From Candidatus Latescibacterota bacterium (GTDB lineage Bacteria > Latescibacterota > UBA2968): DNA of 64,000 bases. Below are positions 47,828-58,556 of this stretch, in pieces. Made by a program: the position numbers and the translations under genes. The stretch spans positions 3,200,001 through 3,264,000 of the forward strand of contig OZ242320.1 of NCBI GenBank assembly GCA_965208125.1, given 5' to 3'. The notes under the pieces were generated by a model. It searched no databases. It was not told the DNA's origin and saw only the letters and a list, made by a program, of their open reading frames with translations. How positions within the stretch are numbered: the stretch's first letter is position 1; the number at the start of each line of letters is the position of its first letter.

Positions 47828-49952
47828 AGTTATCTGATGGCTGTTTTTCTTGTTCAGAGGTGTGCTCTTCCGATGTTTGGTCTTCCTGTTCTTCTTCAGA
47901 TTTTTCTGGCTGTTTTGCTGGCTCGACTGGTTTTTCGAGCGTTTTGCCTTCTAATAACTGGTTGAGCTGTACATCGTCGAGGGTTTCAAATTCCAGCAGT
48001 GCTTTGGCGAGGATGTGGACTTTGTCGATGTTATCGCTGAGCAATTGTTCGGCGCGGGACTCGGCTTTGAGCACGAAGTTCTTGATTTCCTCATCGATCA
48101 TTTCGGCCACTCTGTCGCTGTGATCTCTACGTTGTGCCATTTCGCGCCCGAGGAATATTTCGTCGTTTTGCTGCCCATAAGCAATGGGACCCAGTTTGGG
48201 ACTCATGCCCCAATCGCAAACCATTTGCCGGGCGAGATTGGTGGCCATGCGGTAGTCTTGCTGCCCGCCTGTTGTGATTTCGCCAAAGACGAGCTTTTCG
48301 GCAATTCTGCCACCCAGGGCGTAAGCGAGAACCGCTTCACAATAACTCTGGGGATAAGTGTGGCGCTCGTCGATGGGGAGGGTGTGTGTGACACCGAGGG
48401 CACGCCCGCGAGGGATGATGGTCACTTTGTGCAAAGGATCGCTCTCTGGTATGAGTTTGGCTACCAGTGCGTGACCAATTTCGTGATAGGACGTGAGGCG
48501 TTTTTCTTTGTCGGAAATGACCAGGCTGCGTCGCTCTGCACCCATCATGACTTTGTCTTTGGCATCTTCAAAGTCGCTCATGGTTACGCGGTCGCGATTA
48601 TTTCTGGAAGCGAGAAGAGCGGCTTCGTTGACCAGATTGGCGAGGTCTGCTCCTGCCAGTCCGGGAGTTCCTCGCGCCAGCACTTGTAAGTTGACGTCGT
48701 CGGAGAGGGGTGTGTTGCGGGTGTGGACTTTGAGAATGCCTTCGCGCCCTCTAATATCGGGACGATCTACCACGACCTGGCGGTCGAAGCGCCCAGGTCG
48801 CAACAGCGCGGGGTCGAGCACGTCGGGACGGTTGGTAGCTGCGATGAGGATGAGGCCCTCTTTGGATTCAAAACCATCCATTTCAACCAGGAGTTGATTG
48901 AGGGTTTGCTCGCGTTCGTCGTGGCCGCCTCCAATACCTGCGCCGCGGTGCCGTCCCACGGCATCTATTTCATCGATAAAGATGATACACGGAGCGTGAT
49001 TTTTCCCCTGTTCAAAGAGATCGCGCACACGCGAAGCACCCACGCCGACAAACATTTCGACAAAATCAGAGCCGCTCATTAAAAAGAATGGGACACCCGC
49101 TTCGCCTGCGACGGCGCGTGCCATGTGCGTTTTGCCCGTTCCGGGAGGACCAACGAGGAGTACGCCTTTTGGAATGCGCCCGCCCAGACGTTGAAATTTG
49201 CGTGGATCTTTCAGAAATTCGATGATTTCCTGTAGTTCTTGCTTGGCTTCTTCGGCGCCTGCAACGTCTTTGAATGTGATTGTTGTTTTATCTTCAGAGA
49301 CGAGCTTTGCTTTGCTTTTGCCAAAGCTGAACGCACCTTTGGGACCTCCTTGCATCTGACGCAAAATGAAGAGCCAAAGCCCTATGAACAGGATCCACGG
49401 CAAAAAATTAAAAAATATGTTGAGCCAGTTGGAGGGTCTTTGAAAGCGAAAGTCAACGCCGTATTTGAGCCATTCTTCGATGGTCTGAGCATCTACGACG
49501 CCCAGGTCAACGACAAAATCGCGAAAGGTGTGCTGTTGTCTTCGCCCCGGCGGTGTAAGCTCTTCTGCGACGAGGTGGCCGTGAAATTCGTTATCAATAA
49601 TGATCGCGCTCTGGATTTTTCCCTCTTCGAGGAGCATTTTGTACTCTTTATAGCTGAGTACGACATCGCTGGAGGGGGAATTGCCAAAAAACTTGGAAGC
49701 AAAAATGATAACCAGCAAAAAAAAGACCCAGAAAGCCAGTGGTTTTGAGATGCGCCGCCAGGGCCACTTGCCATTCTCCGTATCCCCCTTGCGATCGGGA
49801 TTATCCCGATTGAGCACGGACAAGTTGGGGCGCCGCTCTTTTTTTTCTTCAGGCGCGTCATCTTCGGGCTGTGTGGGAGCGCGATCGGGCGTCTCGTCAG
49901 ACGAATGTGTTTCTTCATCCGGTTTCGAGTCCCTGTCTTTGGGATCGGTCAT
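47826..49952 (-). CDS. ftsH: ATP-dependent zinc metalloprotease FtsH
   Basis: Two TM segments, [18 protein letters not shown] motif, HEIGH. Confidence 0.97.
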   Translation of the reverse strand: MTDPKDRDSKPDEETHSSDETPDRAPTQPEDDAPEEKKERRPNLSVLNRDNPDRKGDTENGKWPWRRISKPLAFWVFFLLVIIFASKFFGNSPSSDVVLSYKEYKMLLEEGKIQSAIIIDNEFHGHLVAEELTPPGRRQQHTFRDFVVDLGVVDAQTIEEWLKYGVDFRFQRPSNWLNIFFNFLPWILFIGLWLFILRQMQGGPKGAFSFGKSKAKLVSEDKTTITFKDVAGAEEAKQELQEIIEFLKDPRKFQRLGGRIPKGVLLVGPPGTGKTHMARAVAGEAGVPFFLMSGSDFVEMFVGVGASRVRDLFEQGKNHAPCIIFIDEIDAVGRHRGAGIGGGHDEREQTLNQLLVEMDGFESKEGLILIAATNRPDVLDPALLRPGRFDRQVVVDRPDIRGREGILKVHTRNTPLSDDVNLQVLARGTPGLAGADLANLVNEAALLASRNNRDRVTMSDFEDAKDKVMMGAERRSLVISDKEKRLTSYHEIGHALVAKLIPESDPLHKVTIIPRGRALGVTHTLPIDERHTYPQSYCEAVLAYALGGRIAEKLVFGEITTGGQQDYRMATNLARQMVCDWGMSPKLGPIAYGQQNDEIFLGREMAQRRDHSDRVAEMIDEEIKNFVLKAESRAEQLLSDNIDKVHILAKALLEFETLDDVQLNQLLEGKTLEKPVEPAKQPEKSEEEQEDQTSEEHTSEQEKQPSDN

Positions 49953-51394
49953 AAATGCCTCTCTTCGCATTGTGTGATCATGCTACTATAGGTTGCTTTG
50001 AGCACGCGCCGAGTATCCGGTGTGATAGGTGCGATTTGTGAACGCCGAAGGCCAACGACCCACAGAATGGTCGTACCGCTCACCAGCAGTGGTATTTCGC
50101 CGCGCAGTGGGCGGGGTATTTTGCTATCGCCGAGCAGTCTGCTGACTTTTTTTTTCCCCTGCATGCCAAAAGGGTGAAACCAGTCGCCCGGTCTGGGTGA
50201 ACGGAGATACAACGCCCGGTTGGGAAGTTGATCCAGGTCAAAAAAGACGGTGTGTTTCGCTGTTTTTGAACTGCTGATACAGTTGTACACCGTTCGCAGG
50301 CGCTCATGGTTGACCCGGTTTAATATATTTATTGAGAATTTGCCGTTGATATTGAGCGGCACATCGGGTTCAACCGAAAAGCAGTAAGTTCGGGCGGGCT
50401 GGGTTATAATAAGTGTGTCATTCGCGCGATAAGCTGAGATTTCTGGCGTTATTTGAATGCTGTTTCCAGAGGTGGAAGCAATTTCGAGAATGCGTTCAAC
50501 AACCTGGAAACGCGCGGCTTCGGCACCGGCCTGAAGGGCAAAAAGCACCTTTCGGATCAGGCGACGCCGAAGTGATATATGATAACCGAAAAAACGCTTA
50601 ACATCAAGGATAAATTTTCGACTGTCGCGATACAGGAGGGTTTCCGAAAGTGCCTGTTCCGCAATGTTTTCGAGGTGGGCATCGTCATTTTGCAACAGGG
50701 TTGCCGAACGTGAAAGCAGGGCTTCGATTTGGGGATTATATACCTTTTGCAAGTGGGGTATCAGATCTGTGCGAATGCGATTGCGCAGAAATTTTGGATC
50801 GCTATTTGTTTCATCGCGCAGCACCTGCAAATTGCGGGTGCGTACATAAGATTCAATTTCCGATCTGGAAAATGAGAGCAGAGGGCGAATCCAGCATGAT
50901 TCTGAAATTGGACGCATGCCTCCCAATCCGGTGAGTCCTGCACCTCGAACAAGGCGCAACAGGACGGTTTCCGCCTGATCGCTTTTTGTATGGCCAAGCG
51001 CGATCCGGTTTGCTCCAGTTTTCTGTTTTACGGTGTCGAGAAATGCCCGTCGTGCATCGCGCGCTGCTTCTTCGAGAGATTGTTTTTTATTTTTTGCTCG
51101 CTGCACAACATCGTCCTTTTCGATATAGACGGGATAGTTTCGGGCGATTTGTTTGACAAACGCGGCATCGCTTTCGGCATTGGGACGAAGTTGATGATTG
51201 AGATGCGCGATATAAAGTGTGAGGTGCCATTTTGATTTGAGGCGGCGGAGCAGATCGAATAAGGTGACGGAGTCGGGACCGCCAGACAGGGCTACGACCA
51301 CCCCATCACCTATTGTGAGGAGGCGTTCTTGTTGGATATAGGCTTCAACGCGATGTAGAATATCCATTTCTCGAGCGGACATGCCGAGTTCCAT
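49949..51394 (-). CDS. tilS: tRNA(Ile)-lysidine synthetase
   Basis: ALSGGPDS, HLNHQLR, GHTKSDQAET, RPLL, RNRIR. Confidence 0.95.
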   Translation of the reverse strand: MELGMSAREMDILHRVEAYIQQERLLTIGDGVVVALSGGPDSVTLFDLLRRLKSKWHLTLYIAHLNHQLRPNAESDAAFVKQIARNYPVYIEKDDVVQRAKNKKQSLEEAARDARRAFLDTVKQKTGANRIALGHTKSDQAETVLLRLVRGAGLTGLGGMRPISESCWIRPLLSFSRSEIESYVRTRNLQVLRDETNSDPKFLRNRIRTDLIPHLQKVYNPQIEALLSRSATLLQNDDAHLENIAEQALSETLLYRDSRKFILDVKRFFGYHISLRRRLIRKVLFALQAGAEAARFQVVERILEIASTSGNSIQITPEISAYRANDTLIITQPARTYCFSVEPDVPLNINGKFSINILNRVNHERLRTVYNCISSSKTAKHTVFFDLDQLPNRALYLRSPRPGDWFHPFGMQGKKKVSRLLGDSKIPRPLRGEIPLLVSGTTILWVVGLRRSQIAPITPDTRRVLKATYSSMITQCEERHL

Positions 51395-51511
51395 TTTGCA
51401 AGTGTTGGACGCGCGAATAGCGTCTAAAGTTTCTCGTACCCCTATGGTAACATGCAGTAGTAGCGCAAAAAAAATCGGCTGTGGATTTACAGCCGATTTA
51501 TACGCTTGTGA

Positions 51512-53047
51512 CTAAAAGTAGGTATTGAGGCGCATTTCCACACCTTTAAAAGGGAGTACCAGATAGCAGGTTCCCGATGTACAGGCGGTGCCTCCGCGCC
51601 GCTCGCCCACAAAGAGGACGGCGTCGTAATGCGTGCCAAACCGCGCATTGAGGTTGAGAGATACGAAGGTGCGGCTACCCGTTTCGATGTCGAAAGTTTC
51701 CGGACGGTCAACTTCAAAAGGGTCGGTTGTATGATCGACGACAAGGGCTGCGCCAAAACCGCGCGCGTGTTGTGCGGCGAGCGCGCCATAAGTATTGGAG
51801 AAATGCGGTTCGTTTTCAAAATGGACGGCGCGTTGGTATTGGAGGTCGAGGCCGAGGGTATGGCCCTGGTCCGTTGTGGTTTCAAAAATCGCGCCGCCCG
51901 TGCGGTGGCTGTCGATGCTTTCGATGTCGTCTTTGCCCCAGTTGTAAAAGAAGGTGGCAATCAGGTTATCAAATTTGTACAGATCAAAGGAGAAATGTCT
52001 TTCTTTGAAAAAGGTCTGTACAGTCGGAGCCAAATCATTGCGCGCGTGGCTGATATTGACTGTGAAATTTCCCAAACCCGGTTGCGTATAAGTGCCTTCG
52101 ATCTGGTAGCCTTTTTCGGTGGCGAGCTGCAGTACATGTGTGTTTTTGTTGAGCAAAAAGGCAGTGTGTTCGCGGATGAGCGATGGAGGATCATTGAAGT
52201 GGAGGTGCATGTTGTAGTAATCTTTGTATTCGACACTCAATCCCAGATTGTTCCAGCCCATATTGCCCGATAAGTAGAGGGCGGTTCCTTTTTTGTCGTC
52301 TTCGCGCCGCGCGTATTCGCCTTCGCGTTGCGCGTATTCGCCGTAGAAGCTGCCGTATAGGCCGGCCTCTTGCAGGATATTAGAAAGGTCGAGATCGGCA
52401 AAACCAGACCAGGCCCAATTTTTATTGATGAGGGAATCTCTGGGAGTGATGTGAACGCCCGTGCTGCCAATTTTGAGGTTGGGATTGAGTCTGATGGCGA
52501 GTTCGCCACCCGTGGCCCAATCTCCGCGACGGGAAACACTGCGCGGCGGATTCCCGGATTTGGCACCTGGGGGAATATCGCTGAGTGCTGATCGGCCGAT
52601 GAGTGCTCTGGCTTCTACGCGATTGCCAGTCCACGAGGCTGTCGCGCCTTCGAGGTCCTGAGCCGGGGCATAGCGCAGGCGATAAATGGGGCTTTCGAGC
52701 ACGACGCCGGGCAGTTCAAATGCGCGAAGTGTGAGGCCCCGTCCGAGAATTGCGTAGTAATTGCCGATTTCCACATTCGCAGCACCATGGTTCCACCGCG
52801 CGTATTTCTGCGTGATTTGATACGTTTCGCGGTCTGCACCCCAGGTGTTGTAAACTTCTGCTCTTAAACCGACCTGCAATCCCTTTTGCGTAAAGTCGAG
52901 ATTCAACTGGTTGTAAGCCGTAGAGATGGCTGTGGAGTCAGATCCCGGCACTTCGCCGCGCTGCATTTCCGTCAATCCCGTGACGGTAATTTGTGCAGAA
53001 ATGGGGGCTGTGAAGAGCAGGATAAAGAGCAGGCTACTTGCTTTCAT
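51512..53047 (-). CDS. Outer-membrane beta-barrel-like protein (DUF6029-like) with C-terminal CxxxxC
   Basis: Signal peptide; GNYYAILGRGLTLR, EYKDY, RRGGTACTSGTC, terminal Phe; family assignment from memory. Confidence 0.6.
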   Translation of the reverse strand: MKASSLLFILLFTAPISAQITVTGLTEMQRGEVPGSDSTAISTAYNQLNLDFTQKGLQVGLRAEVYNTWGADRETYQITQKYARWNHGAANVEIGNYYAILGRGLTLRAFELPGVVLESPIYRLRYAPAQDLEGATASWTGNRVEARALIGRSALSDIPPGAKSGNPPRSVSRRGDWATGGELAIRLNPNLKIGSTGVHITPRDSLINKNWAWSGFADLDLSNILQEAGLYGSFYGEYAQREGEYARREDDKKGTALYLSGNMGWNNLGLSVEYKDYYNMHLHFNDPPSLIREHTAFLLNKNTHVLQLATEKGYQIEGTYTQPGLGNFTVNISHARNDLAPTVQTFFKERHFSFDLYKFDNLIATFFYNWGKDDIESIDSHRTGGAIFETTTDQGHTLGLDLQYQRAVHFENEPHFSNTYGALAAQHARGFGAALVVDHTTDPFEVDRPETFDIETGSRTFVSLNLNARFGTHYDAVLFVGERRGGTACTSGTCYLVLPFKGVEMRLNTYF

Positions 53048-53570
53048 CTGGGGTTTCCTTTTTTTCTGATGCTTCCATTTCCTCCGATGCTTCTTTTTCG
53101 GGCAATAGGATCTCTAAGGCGTCGATGATGGACTTTCCATCGGATAAACCGGCCTCCCGCAATACAATTTCGCGGTCTGGAGCAATGAGGATTGTGGTGG
53201 GCAGGGCGCGAACTTGCATGCGTTTCATAATCGATCCATCGGCGTCAATGGCGATTGGGAATGTGATGTTGCGGCCTCGCAAAAATGGGCGAATGCGGTT
53301 TTGACCACGGGGTCCATCTTCGTTCACGCCGAGAACTGTGAGTCCTCTGTCGGCGTATTTGGCGTGGATTTCTTCGAGCTTGGGCATTGCTTTGATGCAG
53401 GGTTTGCACCAGGTGGCCCAGAAGTCGAGTAAAACAGGACCTTTTTCGAGGAGTGCAGTTAGTTGTATTCGCTCGCCACTGAGGCCCGGCAGGTTGAAAT
53501 CTGGTGCTTCGGTTGCGCGGGCAGATGATGCGACGAGAAGGCAGAGCGATAATGCGAGAAGTTTTTTCAT
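53034..53570 (-). CDS. TlpA family thiol-disulfide oxidoreductase
   Basis: Signal peptide, APDFNL, DFWATWCKPC, ALPTT. Confidence 0.9.
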   Translation of the reverse strand: MKKLLALSLCLLVASSARATEAPDFNLPGLSGERIQLTALLEKGPVLLDFWATWCKPCIKAMPKLEEIHAKYADRGLTVLGVNEDGPRGQNRIRPFLRGRNITFPIAIDADGSIMKRMQVRALPTTILIAPDREIVLREAGLSDGKSIIDALEILLPEKEASEEMEASEKKETPDESK

Positions 53571-53782
53571 GAGATGACCTCTTGAGGATTGAGATTTAGC
53601 CGACTTTTCAAAAGTTATACGTAGGGACGATGCCTATGTTCCCACTTGTTGTGATAAGGACGGTCAACTAATATAAAATATAACAAAGAGGGTCAAAAAA
53701 CAATGGTGTAAAGGTGGAATGTAGGGTTATTTTATTTGACCCATCAGACCAGAGAATACTGCAAAAATCCGAGAAAATAAAT

Positions 53783-55015
53783 ATGCGCTCGCTCCATGTG
53801 CAAATCTTCATTGCGTTGATCCTCGGCGCAATAATTGGAATGCTGTTAGGTGAATCCGTTCTTCACTTCGCCTTTTTGGGGACCCTTTTTCTCAAGGGTC
53901 TTAAGATGATCATCGTTCCCTTGATCGTCACCTCCATTGTTTCCGGGGTGATCGGCATAGGCCAGGTAGGTCATTTTGGACGCTTGAGTGCTCAGACCTT
54001 TATCTACTATCTGAGTACCAGCCTGTTGTCCATTATCACCGGCCTGATATTGGTCAATGCCATAAGTCCAGGCAAAGGGGCACAGTTGCATTTGCAAGCT
54101 CCTCCTGAACAACTGGCCCATTCCATAGCTCAATTCGGCGACGGTCCCAAAGCCGCTCTTGAGCGGTTGTTGTTGGATATGGTGCCGGATAATGTATTCA
54201 GGGCCATGGCTGAGGGGCAGATCTTGCCCGTGATCGTCTTTTGTTTTCTTCTCGGATTTGCGATCATCCGTTTGTCCGATTCGCACCAGGAACGTCTGCG
54301 TGGGTTTTTCCAATCGGCTTTCGAGGCCATGATGCAAATAACTTATTTTATTATTCGTCTGGCACCTATCGGCATTTTTGCCCTCGTCGCCAAAGTCGTT
54401 GGTACCACCGGTCTGTCAATTTTTGTCGATTTGGGGTTGTACGCCCTCACTGTTTTTGCTGGTCTGGTCGTCCACGCGGCGATTATTCTGCCGCTTGTGC
54501 TCTATTTTTTGGGCGGCATATCGCCTCTGGCTTTCCTTCGCGCTATGAGTCCGGCTCTTCTCACTGCTTTTTCTACGAGTTCTTCTTCGGCGACCTTGCC
54601 CATTACCATTGAATCGCTGGAACAACGCGCTGGCGTTTCCAACCGCACCACCAGTTTTGTCGCGCCGCTGGGTGCCACCATCAATATGGATGGTACAGCC
54701 CTGTTCGAATGCGTTGCCGCCCTGTTTATTGCTCAAGCCTATGGGGTTGAGTTAGGATTTATCCAGCAATTCCTGGTCGTTCTTACCGCTTTGCTGGCGT
54801 CTATCGGCGCGGCTGGCATTCCTATGACGGGTCTGGTCATGCTTTCTATTGTTCTATCCTCTGTGGGGCTGCCTCTGGAGGGGATCGGCCTGATCATAGC
54901 TGTGGATCGCATTTTGGACATGTTTCGCACCACTGTCAATGTTTGGAGCGATTCGTGTGGCACTGCCCTGATAGCCCGTTACCAGGGCGAAGAATTAGAT
55001 ATTACTAAACACTGA
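53783..55015 (+). CDS. Dicarboxylate/amino acid:cation symporter (DAACS, GltP-like)
   Basis: LKMIIVPL, AFSTSSSSATLP, GATINMDGT, DRILDMFRT. Confidence 0.93.
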   Translation: MRSLHVQIFIALILGAIIGMLLGESVLHFAFLGTLFLKGLKMIIVPLIVTSIVSGVIGIGQVGHFGRLSAQTFIYYLSTSLLSIITGLILVNAISPGKGAQLHLQAPPEQLAHSIAQFGDGPKAALERLLLDMVPDNVFRAMAEGQILPVIVFCFLLGFAIIRLSDSHQERLRGFFQSAFEAMMQITYFIIRLAPIGIFALVAKVVGTTGLSIFVDLGLYALTVFAGLVVHAAIILPLVLYFLGGISPLAFLRAMSPALLTAFSTSSSSATLPITIESLEQRAGVSNRTTSFVAPLGATINMDGTALFECVAALFIAQAYGVELGFIQQFLVVLTALLASIGAAGIPMTGLVMLSIVLSSVGLPLEGIGLIIAVDRILDMFRTTVNVWSDSCGTALIARYQGEELDITKH

Positions 55016-55038
55016 CATTTACTTATTGGAGGTTTATT

Positions 55039-56088
55039 ATGGTTTCGATAGGTATTATCGGATTGGGATTTATGGGTATGACGCATTACCGGGGGATTCG
55101 GAGTGTGCGTGGAGGTAAGGTGGCTGCGATATGTACGCGCAGTCCCGAAAAGCGAGCGGGAGACTGGCGGGGGTTGGGCGGCAATTTTGGAGAGCCGGGG
55201 GGGATGGAAGATCTTTCGGGTATCCGCACGTATGAGAAGATTGATGATTTGCTATCAGACGCTTCAATTGATCTGGTCGATATCTGTTTGCCGACGTCAC
55301 AACACTGCGAGGTTGCAATTGCTGCGATGCGCGCGGGCAAGCATGTGCTGGTCGAAAAGCCCATTGCGCTGAGTCTGGAGGACGCCGACCGCATGGTGCG
55401 GGTTTCCGAACAGACGGGAAGGTTGATGATGGTGGCACAGGTTTTGCCCTTTTTCCCGGAGTTTGCCTATCTCAAGCAGGTGGTCGATGGCGGGGAATAC
55501 GGCAATGTGCTCGGTGCGCATTTTAAGCGCGTTATTTCGCAGCCCAATTGGACATCGGCTTTTGCCAATATGGAAAAGAGCGGGGGACCTGGCGTCGATT
55601 TGCATATTCACGATACGCATTATATTCTGGTGCTGCTCGGTCGGCCAGATCGGGTGGTGTCTTCGGGCAGGCTGGTGCGAGATCGGTATGTGGAATATAT
55701 TTCGACGAGTTATCAATACGACAGCCAGCCGGATTTGTGCGTGACGTGTGCTTCGGGCGCTATTTCTCAGCAGGGCAGGGCGTTTACGCACGGGTTTGAG
55801 GTTTATATGGAGCGGGCTACGGTGCTTTTCGAGTTTGCGACTCTGGGCGGCAAGCCGGTTGTGACGATGCCCGTGACCTTGCTGACGGATGACGGTGAGG
55901 TGCGAGAACCGGATTTGGGCGATGCCGATCCCGTTGTGGCATTTACCAACGAGATTCAAGCCGCAGTAGATGCTGTGGAAAGCGGAGAGGTTGCCAGAGA
56001 AATTTCAGGTGAAAGTGCTGCCGATGCGCTTCGTCTGTGTTTTGTGGAGGTCGAGTCGGTAAGGCGCAGGCAGGCGGTGGCGGTGTGA
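55039..56088 (+). CDS. Gfo/Idh/MocA family oxidoreductase
   Basis: GIIGLGFMG, DICLPT, HVLVEKP, DLHIHD. Confidence 0.9.
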   Translation: MVSIGIIGLGFMGMTHYRGIRSVRGGKVAAICTRSPEKRAGDWRGLGGNFGEPGGMEDLSGIRTYEKIDDLLSDASIDLVDICLPTSQHCEVAIAAMRAGKHVLVEKPIALSLEDADRMVRVSEQTGRLMMVAQVLPFFPEFAYLKQVVDGGEYGNVLGAHFKRVISQPNWTSAFANMEKSGGPGVDLHIHDTHYILVLLGRPDRVVSSGRLVRDRYVEYISTSYQYDSQPDLCVTCASGAISQQGRAFTHGFEVYMERATVLFEFATLGGKPVVTMPVTLLTDDGEVREPDLGDADPVVAFTNEIQAAVDAVESGEVAREISGESAADALRLCFVEVESVRRRQAVAV

Positions 56089-56122
56089 AGAACGGCGAGT
56101 GCCACATCGGTTACAAAAAAAT

Positions 56123-56149
56123 AGGGCGAACACACAGGTTCGCCCTTGC
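56123..56149 (-). repeat. REP-like palindrome between convergent genes
   Basis: Minus strand GCAAGGGCGAACCTGTGTGTTCGCCCT, resembling the 23511 element. Confidence 0.6.
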
Positions 56150-56170
56150 GATTGACTATCGCTTATGCTT

Positions 56171-57601
56171 TCAACGCATTATCACCTCAGCAACAGGTGT
56201 TCCCGTTGCCCCATCGAGCATGAGACTGCTCGCTCTGGCAAGGGTGGCAGATATGTTTTCGAGGCTTTGCCCGTCGAAGGATTGACCGCCAACTATTTTG
56301 GGACTGACGATGAGTGCCTGACCAGCAGGTTGATCGAATAGTGCGAATGTCACGTTGCCGCCATAGCGCGCCATAGCGCTCATTGTGTCGTGAAATTGGG
56401 AGATGGTCTGGGTAGAGACATCGCCAGCTTTCATTTCGATAAAGATAATATCGGGAAGTGCGGCTTCCATGGCCTTTTGCGCGACCTCGGTGATGAATGC
56501 GCTGCCGAGTTTGCGGCTTTCTTCGCTGTCCATCAATACGCCGGTTACCAGCCGGCCAAATGCCTCATCTTTGATGATTTTTTTTAGTTTGAGCGCTTCC
56601 GGAGTCAGCTTGGGTTTGACCATGCGGTCGATATATCGCTGCGATTTGCCCTGTTTTATGGCTGTGCCGAGTTGTTCTTCTATGGTGCCTGCGATTTTTT
56701 CGAGGCTGGGTGCGTTGACGGCATAAGGGCTATATCTGACACCATAGTCCTTGGTTTTACTCACTATGGGGGGGATTTCTTTTTCCCCAGATTGATAGAA
56801 AGCCAGTGTGCGCGTATGGGTTTTGTCCTCGATGGCTTTGTTGTGGTGTTCAAAGAGTGAAGGGACTTTGAGATTTTTGCCTTTGATTGCATTGGGTGAA
56901 GCCGTTTGAACGGTGGTCATCCAATCGCGTGGATTTTTGCCGTAGTCAATATTGTTAAATAATGCCCCTCTGTAAGTCAGATAAGCGGGAATATTCGTTC
57001 CCTGGTCCGATCCGGTGATCGCAACGATGACCACGCCTTTGGGCAAGCCCTGATCCGATAGGACAAAAGATTGGAAGGCGCGCTCGATCATGGCGTATTG
57101 AGCAGGTGTAAAGTCGGTGATATTCAGACTGAGACCTCTGCTTCCGCCACCACGTCCACCTCTGCCGCCGCGTGCTCCTTGCCCCCGGCGGCCCTGTCCA
57201 CCGCCCTGAAGTGCCTGAAATTCGCGCAAGATATCGCCGAATACTGCGTTAAATACCCGGCGGTCGGTGTTGGGAAGTTTGCGAAAAAAGATTTCGAGTT
57301 GCTGGTGGCGAACGGGAAATAGATCGTCCCATTTTTTAGCTTGATCGAGTACATACATCCGTATGGGTGCTGGTATTTGGCTGAGAATCTGTGCGTTGGC
57401 TTCGAGGAGTTTTTGGGCATCCCAGGGGAAATCGTTGAATTGTCCGCGTTGCTGGGGGCGCAAATCCCCGCGACCACCGCCGCCACCGCCGCGTCCGCCA
57501 CCACCACGCCCACCACCGCGCTGTGCGTAAATATCCGACAGGTCTAAGGCGCATAATGCTGTGCCTATAAGTAAGATCGATATCCATCTTGAAGGTCGCA
57601 T
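56171..57601 (-). CDS. Secreted hypothetical protein with RGG repeats and a possible degenerate alkaline-phosphatase-like C-terminal domain
   Basis: Signal peptide (..IYA|Q); RGGGRGGGGRGGGGGGRG and GRRGQGARGGRGGRGG; start MRPSR after GGAGG. Confidence 0.7.
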   Translation of the reverse strand: MRPSRWISILLIGTALCALDLSDIYAQRGGGRGGGGRGGGGGGRGDLRPQQRGQFNDFPWDAQKLLEANAQILSQIPAPIRMYVLDQAKKWDDLFPVRHQQLEIFFRKLPNTDRRVFNAVFGDILREFQALQGGGQGRRGQGARGGRGGRGGGSRGLSLNITDFTPAQYAMIERAFQSFVLSDQGLPKGVVIVAITGSDQGTNIPAYLTYRGALFNNIDYGKNPRDWMTTVQTASPNAIKGKNLKVPSLFEHHNKAIEDKTHTRTLAFYQSGEKEIPPIVSKTKDYGVRYSPYAVNAPSLEKIAGTIEEQLGTAIKQGKSQRYIDRMVKPKLTPEALKLKKIIKDEAFGRLVTGVLMDSEESRKLGSAFITEVAQKAMEAALPDIIFIEMKAGDVSTQTISQFHDTMSAMARYGGNVTFALFDQPAGQALIVSPKIVGGQSFDGQSLENISATLARASSLMLDGATGTPVAEVIMR

Positions 57602-57645
57602 GGTAGCCTCCCGTGTGAAGAGATGACGCGCTTTCATACATCGTT

Positions 57646-58422
57646 TCAAAGATTTTGGTCGAGCCAGTCCAGGACGGTTGTCCACGCATTGCCCTGGGCG
57701 AGCAAATTGAGTCCATGTCCCGTTCCCTGGAAGCCGATTACGGCAGTAACCCCCCGGGTCAATTCAGACATGTTTTGGGATGAGGTATAGGCATATCCAT
57801 CGCCAAAAGCTGCGAGGTAGAGGATGTTGCGCGGTGCAAAACCGGGAATATTGGTGCCAATGAGGAATTCCTGAGCCTGGTTTACGCGAAATTCGGGTGA
57901 AACAGATACGGTTGCTTTGATGTCGGGAAACAGCCCCGCGCTCACAAAGGCGATATTGGCACCGATGTCTGTACCGATGACGCCGATGCGGTTGGGGTCG
58001 GCTTCTGCACGGGTTTTGAGAAATGCAATTGCAGCGACGACATCGAGCGGCATCTGGTTGAAGTCATCAGAGGAAAAATTCTGAATTGTGACGGGTTGAC
58101 CATTGCGAAAGATACTGTTGCCATGCCCGCGCAGGTCAAAGGCGAGTGCCAGATAGCCTCGCTGGGCAACGAGTTCGGGAATAAAGTCCGCCCACTGAAT
58201 GTGGTTTTCGTTAAATGAGTGGAGCAAGATGACTGCAGGGCGAGGTGTGGCGTGGTTGGGAGAAGAAAAGAGTGTGCCAAACAACAGAAAGCCGTCTGGC
58301 GTTTGAAACTGCACGGGTTCCAGACGCGCGTGTTGGGCGGTGAGGTCGGATTCGGTGGGGGGCGCAGTGGTGCTGCCGCCGCATCCGATTAAAAATATTG
58401 CGATCCACAGGTATTGTCGCAT
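57646..58422 (-). CDS. Alpha/beta hydrolase lipoprotein (dienelactone hydrolase-like)
   Basis: Lipobox LIGC; VILLH, FDLRGHGNS, GTDIGA, GD, GHG. Confidence 0.8.
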   Translation of the reverse strand: MRQYLWIAIFLIGCGGSTTAPPTESDLTAQHARLEPVQFQTPDGFLLFGTLFSSPNHATPRPAVILLHSFNENHIQWADFIPELVAQRGYLALAFDLRGHGNSIFRNGQPVTIQNFSSDDFNQMPLDVVAAIAFLKTRAEADPNRIGVIGTDIGANIAFVSAGLFPDIKATVSVSPEFRVNQAQEFLIGTNIPGFAPRNILYLAAFGDGYAYTSSQNMSELTRGVTAVIGFQGTGHGLNLLAQGNAWTTVLDWLDQNL

Positions 58423-58556
58423 GATATTATCCTTTAAGCTATTTTATTTTTGACTATTGCAGATAAATGTTTGTTCCTCAGAATAATAGGAACATAAGGC
58501 AATTAGATTAGAATAGCAAGTGAGCAAGTAAGCATACCCTATTTCAAGGAGGAAAG

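Noticed and set aside
48015-48689. Long antisense ORFs (224 aa here; also 61008-61769, 55297-55959, 51629-52273)
   Set aside because: Shadow frames opposite well-supported genes, with no motifs or RBS
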